A DNA stretch of 36,199 bases from Patescibacteria group bacterium (GTDB lineage Bacteria > Patescibacteriota > Minisyncoccia > 2-02-FULL-40-12 > GWA2-44-9). The notes below the pieces were generated by a model that was not told the DNA's origin, ran no database searches, and saw nothing but the letters and a program-made list of their open reading frames with translations. How positions within the stretch are numbered: the first letter of the stretch is position 1; every line of letters begins with the position of its first letter. Made by a program: the position numbers and the translations under genes. This document shows, piece after piece, positions 33,081 through 36,199 of this stretch. The stretch covers positions 1 to 36,199 of the forward strand of contig JBBTYS010000024.1 in assembly GCA_038078535.1 (NCBI GenBank), given 5' to 3'.

Positions 33081-33280
33081 ACCAGTGAGGGGTTATAGGT
33101 GGCATCGTGCATTTGGTGCTTCACTATGTCTACTATGCGTGTGGTCTCCAGCATCTTCAACTGTGCCTTGCGGCTGATGTGTATGTCGTGGTTGCGAAAT
33201 GCCTGGCTTACATAGGTGTGGCGCTCCACTTCGCGTTGTAGTTGCAGCAACAGATCCAGACAGGTTTGCGGGGCTTTCAT
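33077..33280 (-). CDS. Hypothetical protein
   Basis: 67 aa, ATGA overlaps. Confidence 0.4.
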   Translation of the reverse strand: MKAPQTCLDLLLQLQREVERHTYVSQAFRNHDIHISRKAQLKMLETTRIVDIVKHQMHDATYNPSLV

Positions 33281-33594
33281 TTGTTCAACTCGTTAGTTAA
33301 CAAATGAATTGCCGCGCTCAGGTGATACATGATCTCGTTATCACAACCAAGTTGCCTTAATGAATCGGATAATTTTATCAACTGGTCAAGCTTTATTTTC
33401 TTTTCCTTCTTCATACAGGTTTGTTTTACTTCTACAATGCCTCCGAAAATATCGTACCTCCCGGGTCCGCCCAGGCTACGAACATTGGTCTTTAACTCAG
33501 CCTCATATTTGCGGTGAGTGGCCAGCGTGAGCGGGGTTAAAAACACCCTGTCTTTCACGTACACAATCAACCATCTTTCATGTGTTGTTATCAT
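33277..33594 (-). CDS. Hypothetical protein
   Basis: 105 aa, ATGA overlaps. Confidence 0.45.
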   Translation of the reverse strand: MITTHERWLIVYVKDRVFLTPLTLATHRKYEAELKTNVRSLGGPGRYDIFGGIVEVKQTCMKKEKKIKLDQLIKLSDSLRQLGCDNEIMYHLSAAIHLLTNELNK

Positions 33595-33953
33595 GCAGCC
33601 TGGCGTTTACTGGTTTTGCGAAATGTTGTATGTGCGCTGTGGTGATTGGCTTCAAGGCCGGCCTTTATCTGTTGGCGCAGGCGTGGCAACTCGCTGGTGA
33701 GAATCTTCCATGTCCCGCCATCGCCACCGGGTTGTATGGCTTTGAGTTTGCCTTCTTCGCACAGGTTGCGCACATGGCTGGGGCTCCACCCTAATGATTG
33801 GGCAAACTTGCTTACGGACAGATACTTTTTTGAAGGGGTTGCCAGGTCTAACACAAGCTCTTTTAGCTCGGCTAGCTCTTGGTTTTGATGTTGAATCAAC
33901 TCTACAAGAATCAACATCTGCACCTCTGGCGATATGGTTTGCACTTTACTCAT
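33591..33953 (-). CDS. Excisionase/MerR-like HTH_17 DNA-binding protein
   Basis: 120 aa from the ATG at 33953. YLSVSKFAQSLGWSPSHVRNLCEEGKLKAIQPGGDGGTWKI matches the Xis-type HTH pattern. An N-terminal coiled coil precedes it. Confidence 0.55.
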   Translation of the reverse strand: MSKVQTISPEVQMLILVELIQHQNQELAELKELVLDLATPSKKYLSVSKFAQSLGWSPSHVRNLCEEGKLKAIQPGGDGGTWKILTSELPRLRQQIKAGLEANHHSAHTTFRKTSKRQAA

Positions 33954-34162
33954 TCGATAAACTGACAATCTGAGTAAAGCAATTGTTCTTCTGCTGTAAG
34001 GTTGCGGTCGCCTTCGGTGGAGATCACCTCCATGAGGCTGTTTGCATGGCTTTGCAGCCGTTGTATGTCTCCGTACTTGAAACTTTGCGCACCGTTGGCA
34101 ATGGCAGTCTGTTGCCTGTCGATGGCCTTGTTGATCTGTTCGAGCAGTGCGCTGGCTGTCAT
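33950..34162 (-). CDS. Hypothetical protein, first gene of the leftward early chain
   Basis: 70 aa from the ATG at 34162 (MTASALLEQ...). Confidence 0.45.
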   Translation of the reverse strand: MTASALLEQINKAIDRQQTAIANGAQSFKYGDIQRLQSHANSLMEVISTEGDRNLTAEEQLLYSDCQFIE

Positions 34163-34201
34163 AAATTGCAAGAATTGGCACGGGTTTGGCAAAAAAGAAA
34201 A

Positions 34202-34225
34202 ACCAGGCGGTAGGAATCGCCTGGT
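34202..34225 (-). terminator. Intrinsic-terminator-like hairpin in the leader of the leftward operon
   Basis: accaggcg/cgcctggt 8-bp stem with an 8-nt loop. On the minus strand it is followed by TTTTTCTTTTTT. Confidence 0.5.
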
Positions 34226-34380
34226 CTATTTCTTACTGAAGCCTTCGGGGAATCAGCTAACCTCACATGACAAGCAGAACAATCTGCGGTGAGACGGTTA
34301 CCAACTAAACTGTTTGATCTTGTCATATTTTTTAGCTTTAAAAATTTCCATTTTTCCTACTAATGCCCCGAAGCGATGCC

Positions 34381-34412
34381 CAAACGTAAAAACAAATCTG
34401 CTAATACGCAAA
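34381..34412 (-). promoter_or_regulatory. Candidate Bacteroidota-type leftward promoter (-33 TTTG / -7 TAnnTTTG)
   Basis: On the minus strand, TACGTTTG lies at 34388-34381 and TTTG at 34412-34409, separated by 20 nt. Confidence 0.3.
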
Positions 34413-34507
34413 TATTGCTGTCAATAGAGACCGTTTTTTTGTCTAGTAATGGTATGCAACTATTTGACTATCAGTACTAAAATATTTTACAACTATTTTT
34501 GACTGAG

Positions 34508-34978
34508 ATGGAGATTCACATAGGAAATTTGATCAGAGATAGAGCAGATGGGCTGAGAATAATGCCCGCTGAACTTGGTAGACTTATCAATAAGAGTCGA
34601 CAGAATGTTAATGATATTTTCACCCGAAAAACCATAGACACAGATCAATTATTGGCAATCAGCAAGGCTCTTAACTACAATTTTTTTAAGATTTATACCG
34701 CTCTCTACAAGGGTGCTTATGTTAAGGTTAAAAAAGTAAAATTGGAAGGTTCTGACTCCCTGATGGGTCAGCTTGATATTGGAAAGGTTGAGGAAGTTCA
34801 ACTGGATTATGGCGCCCCTGATTCTGAAGATTTGCTGGCCGAATGTGAAAAGGAGCGGGATACCTTGGCTGAGAAATACCGGATACAGACAGAGAACGCA
34901 AGCAACCAACAGAAGTACATTAAAATGCTGGAGGAGAAGGTGGCCATGCTTTCAGAATCAAAGCCAACAGTTGTCTAA
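34508..34978 (+). CDS. XRE/CI-like repressor candidate (N-terminal HTH, C-terminal coiled coil)
   Basis: 156 aa from the ATG at 34508. AELGRLINKSRQNVNDIFTRK looks like an HTH. It is divergent from the leftward operon. TATTTTTG (34494-34501) matches TAnnTTTG only 7 nt before the ATG. Confidence 0.6.
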   Translation: MEIHIGNLIRDRADGLRIMPAELGRLINKSRQNVNDIFTRKTIDTDQLLAISKALNYNFFKIYTALYKGAYVKVKKVKLEGSDSLMGQLDIGKVEEVQLDYGAPDSEDLLAECEKERDTLAEKYRIQTENASNQQKYIKMLEEKVAMLSESKPTVV

Positions 34979-35009
34979 AATTGTAAATCAAACAAACCCC
35001 AAACTCTTT

Positions 35010-35489
35010 ATGAAAAAATCATTGCTAATTATCACACTGCTCTGCCTGAGCTTATTTACGTTCGCACAGGGGAGAGCTACTGATGATGTGGACACCACTG
35101 CTACGGTGAATGTGCCCGACCCAACTACCGAAGCTGAGTACAACTACTTAACCAAAGGCTACAGGGTGCAGATTGAGTCTGGCCTCGATATGAAGAAGGG
35201 TTATCTTATGGAGGATTCACAAGAGATAACCAGGGGCAACTATGTGTTTCAAATCAAATTTTTAATGAGAGAGGCCGCTAATGAGTTGGCCGCTATATTG
35301 ATCATTACAAAGTCAAACGTGTCTGGCAACTCATACTATACCTGTGTGCCAATCAACAACAGTGAGTTGATAAATAAATACTACGCTGCCTTGTACGCCT
35401 GGGATAAGGCGTTGCTGGTGGAGTATTGCCTTGTCACTTCTGCTATGTTTGGGCAAATGACATCGGCATTGATTGAAACAACGAAATAA
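35010..35489 (+). CDS. Secreted hypothetical protein (cargo/moron candidate)
   Basis: 159 aa from the ATG at 35010. Signal-like N-terminus MKKSLLIITLLCLSLFTFAQG. Confidence 0.6.
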   Translation: MKKSLLIITLLCLSLFTFAQGRATDDVDTTATVNVPDPTTEAEYNYLTKGYRVQIESGLDMKKGYLMEDSQEITRGNYVFQIKFLMREAANELAAILIITKSNVSGNSYYTCVPINNSELINKYYAALYAWDKALLVEYCLVTSAMFGQMTSALIETTK

Positions 35490-35538
35490 AAGGTTTGGCA
35501 TCATTGTTGTGATTCCAACATACCAAACCCCAATAATT

Positions 35539-36084
35539 ATGAAAACCCTTATCGTATGCTTTTTTCTGTATGCATCATCCGTGGCCATTGCTCAAAACTG
35601 CAAGTACAAAATAAATGAGCAGGACAAATTCACAGGCAAACTCACCAAGCTCACCAAGTCCGAAAAAGTGATTGGTACATTCTACACTACGGGAGAATTC
35701 AGCGTACAGAAAATTGATGAAGAGTACGCCTTCATCTTTAACTATTCCTTAAGCAGCTACTCAAAGTTTGATCCATACAGCATTAAGAAAGGCGCACCCT
35801 TAATTTTGCTTTTGGAAAACGGTGAGACGATAACGTTAAACTCAGCCGATGATATTAATGGCGAGAAGAAAACAACTATTGGGTTACCTCCGGTGTATTC
35901 CTGTCTGTTGACCAACGTGAGTTATCCGGTTACAAAATTGCAACTTGAATTGTTTGCTAAATCAAAAGTTAAGTCCACCAGGTTCTACCGTACCGAGAGC
36001 AACGGTAAGGAAGATTTTATTGACAACGAGATCAAAAAAAATAACCAAGACGATATTCAAAACCTGGTGCGATGTGTGTTGTAA
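35539..36084 (+). CDS. Secreted hypothetical protein (cargo/moron candidate)
   Basis: 181 aa from the ATG at 35539. Signal-like N-terminus MKTLIVCFFLYASSVAIAQ. Confidence 0.6.
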   Translation: MKTLIVCFFLYASSVAIAQNCKYKINEQDKFTGKLTKLTKSEKVIGTFYTTGEFSVQKIDEEYAFIFNYSLSSYSKFDPYSIKKGAPLILLLENGETITLNSADDINGEKKTTIGLPPVYSCLLTNVSYPVTKLQLELFAKSKVKSTRFYRTESNGKEDFIDNEIKKNNQDDIQNLVRCVL

Positions 36085-36144
36085 GGTTTACCCTAATGTA
36101 ACCCAATCGTTTCAATTAATTGGCTTACAGTTATGTTAATGACC

Positions 36145-36189
36145 CTCATAATCTGAGGGTCGCTGGATCGTTCCCAGCAGGGCCCACTT
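36145..36189. repeat. attR core: second copy of the 45-bp repeat (displaced tRNA 3' fragment)
   Basis: Perfect match to 11-55. The sequence upstream of 36145 has no tRNA 5' half, so this is a fragment and not a second tRNA. Confidence 0.9.
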
Positions 36190-36199
36190 CTTTAAAGTA

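Larger units (their letters stand above)
11..36189. mobile_element. Integrated phage-like element (about 36.1 kb) in a tRNA-Met gene, apparently complete
   Basis: tRNA-derived direct repeats lie at both ends, with an integrase adjacent to attL. It also has a repressor/excisionase-like region, lysis enzymes, fibre-like proteins, methyltransferases and a DGR. Confidence 0.85.

Noticed and set aside
36125-36189. A possible second tRNA at the right end (gaccctcataatctgagggtc can fold as a stem-loop)
   Set aside because: Only the 45-bp att core is tRNA-derived. The upstream sequence has no acceptor or D arm. The apparent stem-loop is a chance pairing of element DNA with the core.

Overview
The window holds one complete integrated element of about 36.1 kb, inserted into the 3' end of a tRNA-Met(CAT) gene. 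Perfect 45-bp direct repeats (11-55 and 36145-36189) bracket it. A tyrosine integrase sits next to attL. Near attR, an XRE-like repressor gene diverges from a long leftward gene chain, and two secreted-protein cargo genes follow it. Almost all genes between 1.5 and 34.2 kb are on the minus strand, and many are joined by ATGA/TGATG start-stop overlaps.

Recognisable content:
- two peptidoglycan hydrolases (Amidase_2-like, GH108-like) and a 940-aa protein with a transglutaminase/papain-like Cys-His-Asp core
- fibre-like repeat proteins
- three apparently orphan DNA methyltransferases (gamma N6A with NPPF, beta N6A/N4C with DPPY, and C5)
- DUF1643-like and ASCH-like proteins, and a truncated DUF5131 remnant
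- an excisionase-like HTH protein

The strongest finding is a diversity-generating retroelement (DGR) at 25.2-27.7 kb. It has a DGR-type reverse transcriptase (IGNYLSQ, YADD), a 77-nt adenine-rich template repeat, and three variable repeats in three tandem small paralogous genes. Every TR/VR mismatch falls on a TR adenine. One VR carries a 2-nt deletion that frameshifts its gene. No Avd-like gene is visible.

Other points worth a second look:
- I could not recognise a terminase, portal, HK97-type capsid, tail tube/sheath or replication gene anywhere in an element whose two ends are both present.
- A 20-24 bp palindrome (GAGACGCAA..TTGCGTCTC) occurs four times, each just upstream of a start codon.
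- Four consecutive coupled ORFs (HExxH, N6-methylase, large unknown, basic protein with a RecA-like ATPase) resemble a split polyvalent protein.

A Bacteroidota host is only an inference, from the integrase type, the signal-peptide style and TAnnTTTG-like promoter boxes. All calls come from reading the sequence and the ORF track by eye; no searches were run.
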